Assembly (NCBI GenBank): GCA_965248835.1
Contig: CBDFLJ010000001.1
Span: 1 to 64,000 of the forward strand
DNA: 64,000 nt
Origin: Alphaproteobacteria bacterium
GTDB lineage: Bacteria; Pseudomonadota; Alphaproteobacteria; MPNO01
Direction of reading: 5' to 3'
Positions within the stretch are counted from its first letter, which is position 1, and every line of letters begins with the position of its first letter. Below are positions 19,700 through 28,800 of this stretch, one piece after another. The notes under the pieces are model-generated. The model had not been told where the DNA came from, ran no database searches, and saw nothing but the letters and a program-made list of their open reading frames with translations. A program made the translations under genes and the position numbers.

Positions 19700-20872
19700 T
19701 CAATCCAACCCGTCATAATAGTCCTGCAGCACCGCAACCACCTCGGGGCGGCTGAACTCGGTCGGTATCGCCTCGTGGTTGGCGAACATCTCCCGCAGCC
19801 TAGTGCCGGAGATCGCCAACCGGTCCCCGGCCTCGTGCGGGCAGGTCCTGCCGGTCGCCATGCCGTTGCATCGATAGCAGAAGAAGGTGATGTCGATCTT
19901 CAGCGGCTCTGTCTTCAGGCTGTTCGGCGGCAGCGTGTCGAAGATGTGGTGGGCGTCGAACGGCCCGTAATAGTCGCCGACGCCGGCGTGATCCCGCCCG
20001 ACCACCAGGTGCGAGCAGCCGAAATTCTGGCGGAACAGGGCGTGCAGCAGGGCTTCGCGCGGTCCCGCGTAGCGCATCTCGATCGGATAGCCGGCCTGGA
20101 GGACGGTGCCGGGCACGAAATATTCGCCGACCAGCGCGTCGATCGCCCTGACCCGGACATCGGCCGGAATGTCGCCCGGCTTGAGCGCACCGAGCACCTG
20201 GTGAATCAGCACCCCGTCGCAGATTTCGACGGCGATCTTGGCCAAGTACTCGTGGCTGCGGTGCATCGGGTTGCGGGTCTGGAAGGCCGCGACGCTGGAC
20301 CAGCCCTTTTCCATAAACATCGCGCGGGTCTCGGCCGGGCGATGGTAGAGCCCGGCATAGGTTTCGGGGAAATGGCCTTCGGAGACCGTGCGCACCGGGC
20401 CGCCCAGATTGACCGGGCCCTGGCCCAGCACCTTTTCGACGCCGGGATGGCCGGGATCGGTGGTGCGGAAGACGCGCGTGCACTCGAGATCACGGTCGAT
20501 GACGTATTTCTCCTCGACCGTCAGGATGCCGAGAAGCGCGCCGGTCTCGCCGTCGGCGAGCGCCACGTCCTCGCCGATCTCGATCGCATCGACGAGGTCC
20601 TGGGCACAGGACAGGGTGATCGGAATCGGCCAGAAGACGCCATCGGCCAGCGTCATATGCTCGCAGCAGCCGCGCCAGTTCGCCGCGCCCATGAACCCGT
20701 CGAGCGGCGTGTAGGCGCCCATGCCGAGCATGAACAGGTCCGAGACCTCGCGGCTGGACAGCGGCACGGTTTTCAGATGCCGCGCCCGTCGGGCCTCCTG
20801 CGCCCTTTCGCTTTCCGACAGCAGCAGGGGCTTGAGGGTATCCGAACCGTGCGGCGGCACCAGACTCGACAT
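19700..20872 (-). CDS. sat: Sulfate adenylyltransferase (ATP sulfurylase)
   Basis: [42 protein letters not shown]. Confidence 0.97.
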   Translation of the reverse strand: MSSLVPPHGSDTLKPLLLSESERAQEARRARHLKTVPLSSREVSDLFMLGMGAYTPLDGFMGAANWRGCCEHMTLADGVFWPIPITLSCAQDLVDAIEIGEDVALADGETGALLGILTVEEKYVIDRDLECTRVFRTTDPGHPGVEKVLGQGPVNLGGPVRTVSEGHFPETYAGLYHRPAETRAMFMEKGWSSVAAFQTRNPMHRSHEYLAKIAVEICDGVLIHQVLGALKPGDIPADVRVRAIDALVGEYFVPGTVLQAGYPIEMRYAGPREALLHALFRQNFGCSHLVVGRDHAGVGDYYGPFDAHHIFDTLPPNSLKTEPLKIDITFFCYRCNGMATGRTCPHEAGDRLAISGTRLREMFANHEAIPTEFSRPEVVAVLQDYYDGLD

Positions 20873-20999
20873 CCGGAGAGCTCCTTCGTGTTGCAACCGG
20901 GCGCGGCGGAATCGGCTTCGATCTCCGTGCCGAAACGGCTGCCGGTGGGCAGTAGGCTGCGACAAAATGGCCGGCATGCCGGGGCGGCGGAATTCGCTG

Positions 21000-21027
21000 T
21001 TGACCTGCCGGAAGCCGGGACTATTTT
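21000..21027 (+). promoter_or_regulatory. Putative sigma70 promoter for the sRNA
   Basis: TTGACC (21000-21005), 16 bp spacer, TATTTT (21022-21027). Confidence 0.5.
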
Positions 21028-21033
21028 GTGCGC

Positions 21034-21135
21034 CGTCGCGTGGTGTTTCGTCGTCCAAGGGGATGCCACGCGCTTTCCTCTCTTGGACGTTTCCTCCCTA
21101 CAATTCAGCCGCCCCTCGGGGCGGCTGCTTTTTTT
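21034..21135 (+). ncRNA. suhB/MmgR-family (alpha-r8) small RNA
   Basis: Core CTTGGACGTTTCCTCCCTAC followed by a GC hairpin and U-tract, with no + strand CDS upstream. It lies one gene from an N-formylglutamate amidohydrolase, the synteny reported for mmgR. 5' end approximate. Confidence 0.72.
21106..21135 (+). terminator. Rho-independent terminator of the sRNA
   Basis: CAGCCGCCC-CTCG-GGGCGGCTG followed by C and a run of 7 T. Confidence 0.8.
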
Positions 21136-21190
21136 GCCCGCCCTGCGCCGAGCGCATTATCCGTACAAGTCGGCCCGATTGGAACAAGCG

Positions 21191-21718
21191 CTAGGGATCG
21201 TTCGGGGCCGCGCCGTCGCCCACGCCCAATGGGCGGACCATCAGCACGCTGTCCACCCAGCGGCCGAACTTGTAGCCGACTGAAGGCAGAACGCCGGCGG
21301 GGCGGAAACCATGCCGTGCATGGAAATCGATCGAGGCGCGGTTGGCAGAGTCGCCGATCACGGCGATCATCTGGCGGTAGCCCTGTGCGGTGCAACGCTC
21401 GATCAAGGCCTCGATCAGACGGCTTCCGAGCCCCGCCCGCCCGGCGTCGCGCGCAACATAGATCGAGTGCTCAACTGCGTAGCGATAGGCCAGCCGCGGC
21501 CTGTAGGAAGCGGCATAGGCGAAGCCGCGGACCGCACCGCCGCGCAGCGCAACGAGGAAGGGCAGCGATTGGTCGCGGACCGCCTCCCAGCGGCGGACGA
21601 ACTCGTCCGGCTCGGGCGGCTCGATCTCGAACGAGGCGGTGCCGGATCTGACATGGTCGGCATAGATCCCGGCGATGGCGGGGAAGTCCGCCCGCCGCGC
21701 ATCGCGGATGTCGATCAT
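21191..21718 (-). CDS. GNAT N-acetyltransferase (phosphinothricin/methionine-sulfoximine acetyltransferase-like, YncA/MnaT)
   Basis: GTASFE, YRYAVEHSIYV, NRASIDFH, VGYKFGRWVD; start overlaps the upstream gene's stop. Confidence 0.88.
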   Translation of the reverse strand: MIDIRDARRADFPAIAGIYADHVRSGTASFEIEPPEPDEFVRRWEAVRDQSLPFLVALRGGAVRGFAYAASYRPRLAYRYAVEHSIYVARDAGRAGLGSRLIEALIERCTAQGYRQMIAVIGDSANRASIDFHARHGFRPAGVLPSVGYKFGRWVDSVLMVRPLGVGDGAAPNDP

Positions 21719-22605
21719 TCCGCCGCGAGGTCGGCCTGCGCGATCCCGTTCAGCGCGAACACCACCTCGGTCATCTGGGCGGCGATGCGCGGCAGGCCGG
21801 CGAGCCGCGTGATGCGGTCCTCGTCCATGTAGAGCGCGCGGTTGATCTCGATCTGGAGCGCATGCACGCCTTCGGACGGACGGCCGTAATGGCGGGTCGT
21901 ATAGCCGCCGGCGAACGGCTTGTTGCGGACCACCCTGTGGCCGTGGCGCGACAGCACCGCCTCTACCGTGTCCGCGATCGCGCCCTCGCACGACCTGCCG
22001 AAGCCGTCGCCCAGGATGAAATGGGCGCGCCCGCGCCCGGCATCGGGGTCCATCGGCCCGCCGACCGAGGGCATCGAATGGCAGTCGATCAGCACGCAAT
22101 AGCCGAACCGGCCGCGGGTCTCCTCGATCAGCCGGCGCAGCGCGTCGTGATAGGGCCGGTAGTAGGTGTCGATCCGCTCGGCCGCCTCGGCGAAGCGGAG
22201 CTTGCGGTCGTAGATCTCGCGCCCGGTGGTGACCATCCGCGCGATGGTGCCCAGGCCAGCCGCGACCCGGCTGGAATGGGTGTTGACGTATTCGGGCAGC
22301 GCGTCCTCGAACATCTCGGGGTCGAGCTCGAAGGGCTCGCGGTTGGGATCGATGAAGGCGCGCGGGAACTTCGCGCGCAGCAGCGGCACGCCCAAGGCCG
22401 GCGCCCCGCCGAACAGCTCATCGACGAAGCTGTCTTCGGACCGCCTCAGATCCAGCGCGCTCAGCGGGGAGCGCGCGACGAACGCCGCCGGGTAGTCGGT
22501 CCCGCTATGGGGCGAGGCCAGGACCAGCGGAGCGGTCTGGCGCGCCGGCATGAGGATCTCGTGGTGGTCTGAGGCCTGGAGATGGACTTTTTCTGAACGC
22601 TTCAT
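21715..22605 (-). CDS. N-formylglutamate amidohydrolase
   Basis: SPHSG, RRSED, DPNRE, YYRPYH, IDCHSMPS, PFAGGY, LQIEINR. Start uncertain. Confidence 0.9.
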   Translation of the reverse strand: MKRSEKVHLQASDHHEILMPARQTAPLVLASPHSGTDYPAAFVARSPLSALDLRRSEDSFVDELFGGAPALGVPLLRAKFPRAFIDPNREPFELDPEMFEDALPEYVNTHSSRVAAGLGTIARMVTTGREIYDRKLRFAEAAERIDTYYRPYHDALRRLIEETRGRFGYCVLIDCHSMPSVGGPMDPDAGRGRAHFILGDGFGRSCEGAIADTVEAVLSRHGHRVVRNKPFAGGYTTRHYGRPSEGVHALQIEINRALYMDEDRITRLAGLPRIAAQMTEVVFALNGIAQADLAAE

Positions 22606-22722
22606 CGCGGACCAGATGTAGCCCATGACCGCGCCGTTGTCATCCTCGCGCCGGTCTGCGCGCCGCGCCGCTTCCTCTTGCCAAGCGCTCGGCCGAAGCG
22701 ATAGAACGGGCGCCGGCCTCAA

Positions 22723-22797
22723 GGGCGCGTAGCTCAGCGGGAGAGCACTACGTTGACATCGTAGGGGTCGCTGGTTCAATCCCAGCCGCGCCCACCA
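22723..22797 (+). tRNA. tRNA-Val(GAC)
   Basis: GGGCGCG acceptor stem, AGCTCAGCGGGAGAGC D-arm, CTACG-TTGACAT-CGTAG anticodon arm, GGTTCAATCC T-loop, encoded CCA. Confidence 0.97.
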
Positions 22798-22798
22798 T

Positions 22799-22873
22799 TC
22801 ACCGCCGCGAAACAGCGCCGCCACGTCCGAACGGACGCAGAGCCTTCGCCGGAGGCGCGGCAAGCGGCGGTGA
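22799..22873. repeat. Long imperfect hairpin immediately 3' of the tRNA
   Basis: TCACCGCCGC (22799) ... GCGGCGGTGA (22873) with internal small hairpins. Confidence 0.45.
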
Positions 22874-22910
22874 GCCGAACCCGGAGGGCGCGCGGAAGAA
22901 GGACCGAAGC

Positions 22911-23804
22911 ATGCGTATTCTCCTGCTTGGGACCGGTGCGGCGGCGCCGGATCCGGACCGCGGCGGCTCTGCCATCCTGATCACCGTCGACGGTCACCAC
23001 TATCTGTTCGACTGCGGTGCGGGCGCGACAAGGCAGATGATCCGCGCCAACGTCGATCCGACCACGGTCGACACGGTCTTCCTGTCGCATCTGCATTACG
23101 ACCACATCGTCGATTTCCCGTACTTCCTGCTGACGACATGGATATGCGACCGCGAGAACGCGCCGGTGGTCGTCGGTCCGGACGGCACCCGGGACTTCAT
23201 CGATCATCTGTTCGCCGACGGCGCCTTCGCCAAGGACATCGAGGCGCGTATCCAGTATCCGCGCCGTCAGGGCAACACCCATGTGCTGCGGCCCGATGTC
23301 CGGCAGTGCGAGCCCGGCGTCGTCTTCGAGGACGAACGGGTGCGGGTCTCCGCGTGCTACGTCGAGCATATCCCGCGCGAGATATCGCCCTGTTTCGGCC
23401 TTCGCCTCGACACCAGGCACGGAAAGTCGGTCGCCTTCAGCGGCGATACCGCACCCTGCGACCGCTTCGTCGCCCTCGCTCGGGACGTCGACCTGATGAT
23501 CCATGAGTGCACCTTCCCGGAAAGCGCGATCGAATACCGCAAGACCATCCAGGTCGGCACCTGGGCGCATACCAGCCCGAAGGAGCTCGGCAAGCTCGCA
23601 ACGGCCGCACGGGCGAAAAGCTTGGTCGCAACCCATTTCGGAAGCTACGACACGACCAACCCGGTGGTTCGCAAGATCATGTCCGTCCACATGCCGGCCG
23701 ATATCATCGGACCCGAAAGGCTGGACGAGGTGGCCGCCGACATCCGCGCCGACTACACAGGCGAGATCCGCCTGGCGCACGATCTGATGCGGATCGATCT
23801 GTAG
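22911..23804 (+). CDS. MBL-fold metallo-hydrolase (RNase Z/AtsA arylsulfatase-like)
   Basis: LLGTG, FDCG, SHLHYDH (HxHxDH), SGDT, IHECT, AHTS, THF. Confidence 0.88.
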   Translation: MRILLLGTGAAAPDPDRGGSAILITVDGHHYLFDCGAGATRQMIRANVDPTTVDTVFLSHLHYDHIVDFPYFLLTTWICDRENAPVVVGPDGTRDFIDHLFADGAFAKDIEARIQYPRRQGNTHVLRPDVRQCEPGVVFEDERVRVSACYVEHIPREISPCFGLRLDTRHGKSVAFSGDTAPCDRFVALARDVDLMIHECTFPESAIEYRKTIQVGTWAHTSPKELGKLATAARAKSLVATHFGSYDTTNPVVRKIMSVHMPADIIGPERLDEVAADIRADYTGEIRLAHDLMRIDL

Positions 23805-23836
23805 CCGATGCGCCTGACCTGCCCGCCTTCGAGCCG

Positions 23837-25756
23837 CTAGCGTGTTGCCACCTTGCGGCCGAGATTCGTCACAAGAAACGCCTCTATCGAGGCGACGATG
23901 TGTTCACGGGAATCCGTATTGGTTCGCCAGATGTTGTGCGCGGCATGCTGGTACTCGATGAGCTTCACCGCCTTGCCCCCTTGCTTTAACAGATGAAACA
24001 GCTCCTGGGAGTGGGACACCGGAACCCGCCTGTCTTGGGTTCCCGCGATCAACAGGACCGGGGCGGAAAATCGATCCAAATTGTTGACCGGCGAGATTTC
24101 GGACAACGCTGCCTCGGGCAAATCCGAGCTTCGAAAAAATTCACGCCACAGCGCACGGGTATGGGCGCGCAGCCAGTCGGTTTTCCAGAACTGGACCGCA
24201 TCGGTTATGGCATTGAGCGCAATGCCGGCCTTGAAGACATCGGGGTGGCGCGCCAGCATTACGAGCGTCAGAAATCCGCCGAAACTGCCGCCGAACAGCG
24301 CGATTCCCTCGCGTGCGGCGTACCCGTTCGCAACCGCCCATTCGGCCGCATCCAGGACGTCGTGCTGCAGACGCCCGAACAGCGCCCCCTTGCCGGCTTC
24401 GAGGAATCTCCTGTCATACCCCCGGGACCCGCGATAGTTCAGCCTGAGCGCCGCGTAACCCTTGCCGGCAAAAAACCGGACCAGCGACCGGGCGGGCCAC
24501 AGATACCGGCTCCATGGACCGCCATGAAGCATCAGAATCATCGGCGGCGGCCGGCCCGCCGCAACGCCCTGCGGCAATGTTAGATAACCATACAGCTTCA
24601 GCCCGTCGCGTGCCGGGAACGTCACCGGGCGCGAAGGGGGCGGCGGACGGCCATGGGACGCGAGAGCGCCGCCTGACAATTCCCGGGATGTATTGTTTTG
24701 GAGATCGAGAAGATACCAGCTCCGATAGAGTTGCGGGTTCCTGACCTCGACGATGGCATATTTTTCCATCCCGTCGATGCTCTTGAAATTTATGCGGGAC
24801 GGCTTGCCGAGATTCTCGTAAACCGCCTCGTATGCGGCCGCGAGCCGGTCGTGAAAATGAACCACAACCTGATGGTCCGGATTGCAAGTAACCAGCAGCG
24901 GCGTGCCCTTGCCGAACTTGTCGAAAGCTATCGCCGCTTTCTCGAGATCGAAACGATCATGCTGGAAGAAGACCTCTTCTTCTCCTGTCTCGATATTCAG
25001 CCTGACCAGCGCAATCGTCTCGCGTTGCCGGTTCGAGAGAGCCCACACCGTGCCGTCCTGCTGCACGAATCCGATCGGCGTCAGCTCGGTGTAGTATTTC
25101 GTGTAATAGAATGGCGAGTCCCATTTTCCCGAAGATGTCAGGGTCTGGAATACGCGCTGCCCTGAGCGCGATATTCTGACCCGCGCGGCGGCACGGCCCT
25201 CGGGCGTCATGAGCCAGTGAATCACGCCCCGCCCGTCTTCGACCACAACCGCGCATCGGGTCTCGATGTTCCCTTCACCGGAACCCGGGCGCAACTCGCA
25301 ACGATAGAGCGGCTTACGTCCGCGCGAAGAGGCGGCGACGAGATAGGGGTTCATCGGCGAGGGGAAAAGCACGACCTTCGGCGCCTCGTCCGCCGGAATG
25401 GCTTCCGGCCCGCGAAGCGCAATCCTGTCGACGTGCGCGGCATCGGCGACGAATGACAGCCGGTATATCTTCTTGTCCTTGTCGATCGCGTACGCGACGT
25501 CGCTGTTTTCCCCCCAGACCGCCCGCTTGAAGGAACGCGACGACAGACCGAAAGATTGATTCGAAGCGGTTTCGATGACGTCGAAATATCTGCCGCGCCG
25601 GTGGTCGCGCTGAACGATCATCTTCGAGCCGTCATATGACAACACATGATGCTTCGCCGCAGGCTCGGAATGGATCCGGACACCTGTCGCAACACCGCCG
25701 CAGCCCGACAGCGCCATCGTCGCAACCAGACCGATCGAGGCGGTCAGACGGGACAC
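23837..25756 (-). CDS. S9 family (prolyl oligopeptidase/acylaminoacyl peptidase) lipoprotein
   Basis: Lipobox LSGC, HGGPW, NYRGSRGY, GGSFGG (Ser), QDRRV (Asp), AAH (His). Confidence 0.9.
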   Translation of the reverse strand: MSRLTASIGLVATMALSGCGGVATGVRIHSEPAAKHHVLSYDGSKMIVQRDHRRGRYFDVIETASNQSFGLSSRSFKRAVWGENSDVAYAIDKDKKIYRLSFVADAAHVDRIALRGPEAIPADEAPKVVLFPSPMNPYLVAASSRGRKPLYRCELRPGSGEGNIETRCAVVVEDGRGVIHWLMTPEGRAAARVRISRSGQRVFQTLTSSGKWDSPFYYTKYYTELTPIGFVQQDGTVWALSNRQRETIALVRLNIETGEEEVFFQHDRFDLEKAAIAFDKFGKGTPLLVTCNPDHQVVVHFHDRLAAAYEAVYENLGKPSRINFKSIDGMEKYAIVEVRNPQLYRSWYLLDLQNNTSRELSGGALASHGRPPPPSRPVTFPARDGLKLYGYLTLPQGVAAGRPPPMILMLHGGPWSRYLWPARSLVRFFAGKGYAALRLNYRGSRGYDRRFLEAGKGALFGRLQHDVLDAAEWAVANGYAAREGIALFGGSFGGFLTLVMLARHPDVFKAGIALNAITDAVQFWKTDWLRAHTRALWREFFRSSDLPEAALSEISPVNNLDRFSAPVLLIAGTQDRRVPVSHSQELFHLLKQGGKAVKLIEYQHAAHNIWRTNTDSREHIVASIEAFLVTNLGRKVATR

Positions 25757-25792
25757 GTCGCACCTCTCGGGAAGCGTTTCCCGGCGACTCCG

Positions 25793-26848
25793 TCAGCGGC
25801 CGGTTTCGAGGAGCCTGTCGGCAATTCTGTCATGACCGAGCCGCCTGGCCACCGCGACCGCCGACTGAGTGCCGTCAGCGCCGCAGCGATCGTATTGCGC
25901 CAGCGCCGGCTCTTTCCGAAGAAGCACCTCGACGATATCGCGGTGCCGCATGGCGATGGCCGCACAGATCGCACCGGACGAACGCCCGGTGGTGGAAGCG
26001 CCCTTGTTGAGCAAGAACACCACCATCTCGGTCTGACCGAAAAGCGCCGCCGCCATCAGGATCGGCCGCTCGATCATGCGGCCGCGTGCAAAACGTGGAT
26101 GCTGAAAGGCGATGATTGTATCCGGATCGAAATCCTTAGCCGCGACCCTGCGCAACGCCCTGATGTTGCCGGAGGCGACCAGCTTGGCGAGCGACCCCAT
26201 CGAGGGCTGCCGGGAAGCCGCGGCTGGACCGGCCTGCCGCTCTTCGGCCTCCGGAACCGCAATGCCCTGGATGCCGAGCCTGGCGACAAGGGCCTCGAGA
26301 GCCCCGGCACCGATCTGACCGGAAACCGGGCAGTACAAGCCCGTCATAACAGTGTTGCCGAAAGTGTCCGGGTCATTGACCGTACCGTCATGGACAAAGA
26401 GACGAAACACGGCGCATCGATGCTTGCCCGCCGTGAAAATCAGATAGTTGGCCGGCCCCACCACCGTCCCTGCTGTGCCGGTCTCACCGGCCAAGAACGG
26501 CTCGTCCTTGAACCACCCGAAACGCCTCGCAAATTGATCGAGACTTCTCTGCAGGCTGCTTGGGAAGTGGCGGCCTGGCGCCAAGACCTGCAGGCGAACC
26601 CAGAAGACCGGAAGACGACGGGAGCCCGCTCTCCATTGAGCTCGGTAGCTCTCATGCCTGTAATCGCTTTCCTTGAACGGAAGATAATGATGCACCGCCC
26701 GGTAATCCTCGAAGTGGCGCCCCGAGAACACGATTCTGCTTTCCATCCCGGTTATGCCCTGCCATTTCGCGAAAGCGCTCATCGGTGCGGCCAGGACGAG
26801 GGCCAGAACCAGCAAGAACGGACCGCCGAACACTTTGTCAGGCATCAT
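25793..26848 (-). CDS. Secreted protein: unknown N-terminal domain plus C-terminal ankyrin repeats
   Basis: Signal peptide (..SAFA|K); PILMAAALFGQTEMVVFLLNKGA, AICAAIAMRHRDIVEVLL, SAVAVARRLGHDRIADRLL. Confidence 0.78.
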   Translation of the reverse strand: MMPDKVFGGPFLLVLALVLAAPMSAFAKWQGITGMESRIVFSGRHFEDYRAVHHYLPFKESDYRHESYRAQWRAGSRRLPVFWVRLQVLAPGRHFPSSLQRSLDQFARRFGWFKDEPFLAGETGTAGTVVGPANYLIFTAGKHRCAVFRLFVHDGTVNDPDTFGNTVMTGLYCPVSGQIGAGALEALVARLGIQGIAVPEAEERQAGPAAASRQPSMGSLAKLVASGNIRALRRVAAKDFDPDTIIAFQHPRFARGRMIERPILMAAALFGQTEMVVFLLNKGASTTGRSSGAICAAIAMRHRDIVEVLLRKEPALAQYDRCGADGTQSAVAVARRLGHDRIADRLLETGR

Positions 26849-28033
26849 ACGTCTCTATCGCATCGCCCGTCTTCAGCTTGTCTGCCGGGCAATGCCAATC
26901 CAGCACCGGGGCGGCTGAGAATCAAGCCGATTGTGGTCGTCCGCGGCTGGCCTGCTCCCAGGCTTGGCAGCACGCGTTGGTTTAGACCCTATTCCCCAGA
27001 TGAAGCACCGCCTTGATGACGCTGTGGCGAGATTCTTATATAAGAATCAATGGATTGTTATCGGAACAGGAAAGAAGGAATGGCCCACCCGATGGGTGAA
27101 AGCGAAACTGGGGTGCTGCGGCTCGATTTTGACCGTCGGCTGAAGCTGGAGTTCCATGGCTCGAAGGTCACATCGGATGCGGGCCTCCTTCCCTTCCGGG
27201 AACTCGATGATGCACTTGGCTTGACCGAAGTCGCCGGGGGACGTTTAGCGGACCCGCGAACCGGCAAGAACGGTCAGCATGGGATGACCGGGCTGTTCCG
27301 CCAATCGACCTTCGGTCGCCTCGACGGTTACGAAGACGTGAACGATGCCGACCGCCTTGGGCGTGATCCGGCCATGCGATGGATCGTCGGCGGGAATGCC
27401 ATCGCCAAGCAGGCGGCGTCCGCGAGCCAGATGGTACGCTTCGAGACGGAATTTCTGGCGACGGATGATAACATCGCTGCTCTTGCCGACCTGTCCGGGG
27501 CTTGGATCGACCGAGTTCATGACCGCCACCCACCGAAGAAGGTGATCCTCGACATGGGTTTCAGCGTCAGCCCGATCTACGGCGACCAGGAAGGGACAGC
27601 CTATAACCGTCACTTCGGCTGCACCTGCTACCATCCCCTGTTCTGTTCAATCACATGGGCGACTTGGAACGATGCCGCCTGCGTCCCGGCAATGTCCACA
27701 GTGCCAACGGATGGTGGGATGTCCTGGCCCCGGTCGTGGAACGCTACAAGGAACGGCAGGTTCGGCTCTATTTCCGAGGCGATGCGGCCTTCGCCTCGCC
27801 GGACATCTACGAATACCTCGAAGTCGAGAGCGTGCTCTACGCGATCCGCCTGCCCGCCAACAAGGTTCTCCAGGAGAGCATCGCCCATCTGCTCCGTCGC
27901 CCGGTCGGACGCCCGCTCAACCATGTTCGCCGTCAGTATGCCAGCTTCAGCTACCAAGCCGGATCGTGGGGCAGAAAACGCCGGGTGGTCGCCAAGGTCG
28001 AATGGATCCCGGAGAATTGTATCCCCGCGTCGG

Positions 28034-28058
28034 GCTTGATCCGCTTCGCGGCTCAAGC
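28034..28058 (-). repeat. 25-nt hairpin micro-element, copy 1
   Basis: Reverse complement GCTTGAG-CCGC-GAA-GCGG-ATCAAGC; interrupts the IS1380 motif PRVG[FI]VTN. Confidence 0.7.
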
Positions 28059-28298
28059 GTTACCAACCTGAGCCGCAAGGCCGAACGGGTCGTCGCCTTC
28101 TATAATCATCGGGGCACGGCGGAACAGTGGATCAAGGAGGGCAAGAACGCCATCAAGTGGACCCGGTTGTCGTGTCGCAAGTTCCGCAACAACGAGGTCC
28201 GGCTGCAACTTCACGCCCTGGCATACAACCTCGCCAACTTCATGCGGACCCTGGCGTTGCCGAAGGAGGTGGAGCACCGTTCGCTGGCCACAATCCGG

Positions 28299-28324
28299 GC
28301 TTGAGCGGCAAAGCCGATCAAGGG
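28299..28324 (+). repeat. 26-nt hairpin micro-element, copy 2
   Basis: GCTTGAG-CGGC-AAA-GCCG-ATCAAGGG; interrupts the R[EKL]VKIGAK motif and introduces a stop. Confidence 0.7.
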
Positions 28325-28660
28325 TGGTCAAGATCGGGGCCAAGGTCGTCAGCCATGGCCGCTACGTTACGTTCCAGATGGCCGAAGTGGCCGTGTCCCG
28401 CGATCTGTTCCGAAGCATCCTGGGACTGATCGACGGACTGCGGCGACCATCCCCGGCAACGGCCTGAACGGAGGAAAAACCGAGATGACGGAGGGAGACG
28501 TGTGTCCGGAGCGGAGGAAATCGGGCGGGATTGGGCTGTCAAAGCCGATCCAACGGTCGAAAGCTCAATGCGCCGGGCAGAAATGCCGTTCATGGTTCTA
28601 GGATGGGACCTCTTCTGCTACCATCGGGACCGAGTTTGGGAGTCATCTGGGGAATGTCGG

Positions 28661-28765
28661 TTCGACATCCCGGACGGCGCCAATGAGAGGCCGGAGAAGT
28701 TCGTCACCCAGCGCAACAACATGCGGACCATCGCGGCGAACAGCCCGAAGACCGCCGCCGAGTAG
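28661..28765 (+). pseudogene. 3' remnant of an unidentified gene truncated at the IS1380 right end
   Basis: Host-like codon usage frame FDIPDGANERPEKFVTQRNNMRTIAANSPKTAAE* begins right at the IS end and stops 35 bp before the MFS gene. Confidence 0.45.
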
Positions 28766-28800
28766 CGCCACCAGGGGCGGGGGGCCCGGGCACCGGAGCG

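Larger units (their letters stand above)
27080..28467 (+). pseudogene. IS1380 transposase, frameshifted
   Basis: TSDAGLL, GYEDVNDA, CYHPLF, YFRGDAAF, FYNHRGTAEQWIKEGK, LHALAYNL, KIGAKVV spread over several frames; breaks near 27645, 28005 and 28300. Confidence 0.9.
26986..28660 (+). mobile_element. IS1380-family insertion sequence (degenerate)
   Basis: Inverted repeat core ATTCCCCAGATGA (26991-27003) / TCATCTGGGGAAT (28643-28655) flanking the transposase; ~1.67 kb. Outer ends approximate. Confidence 0.85.
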
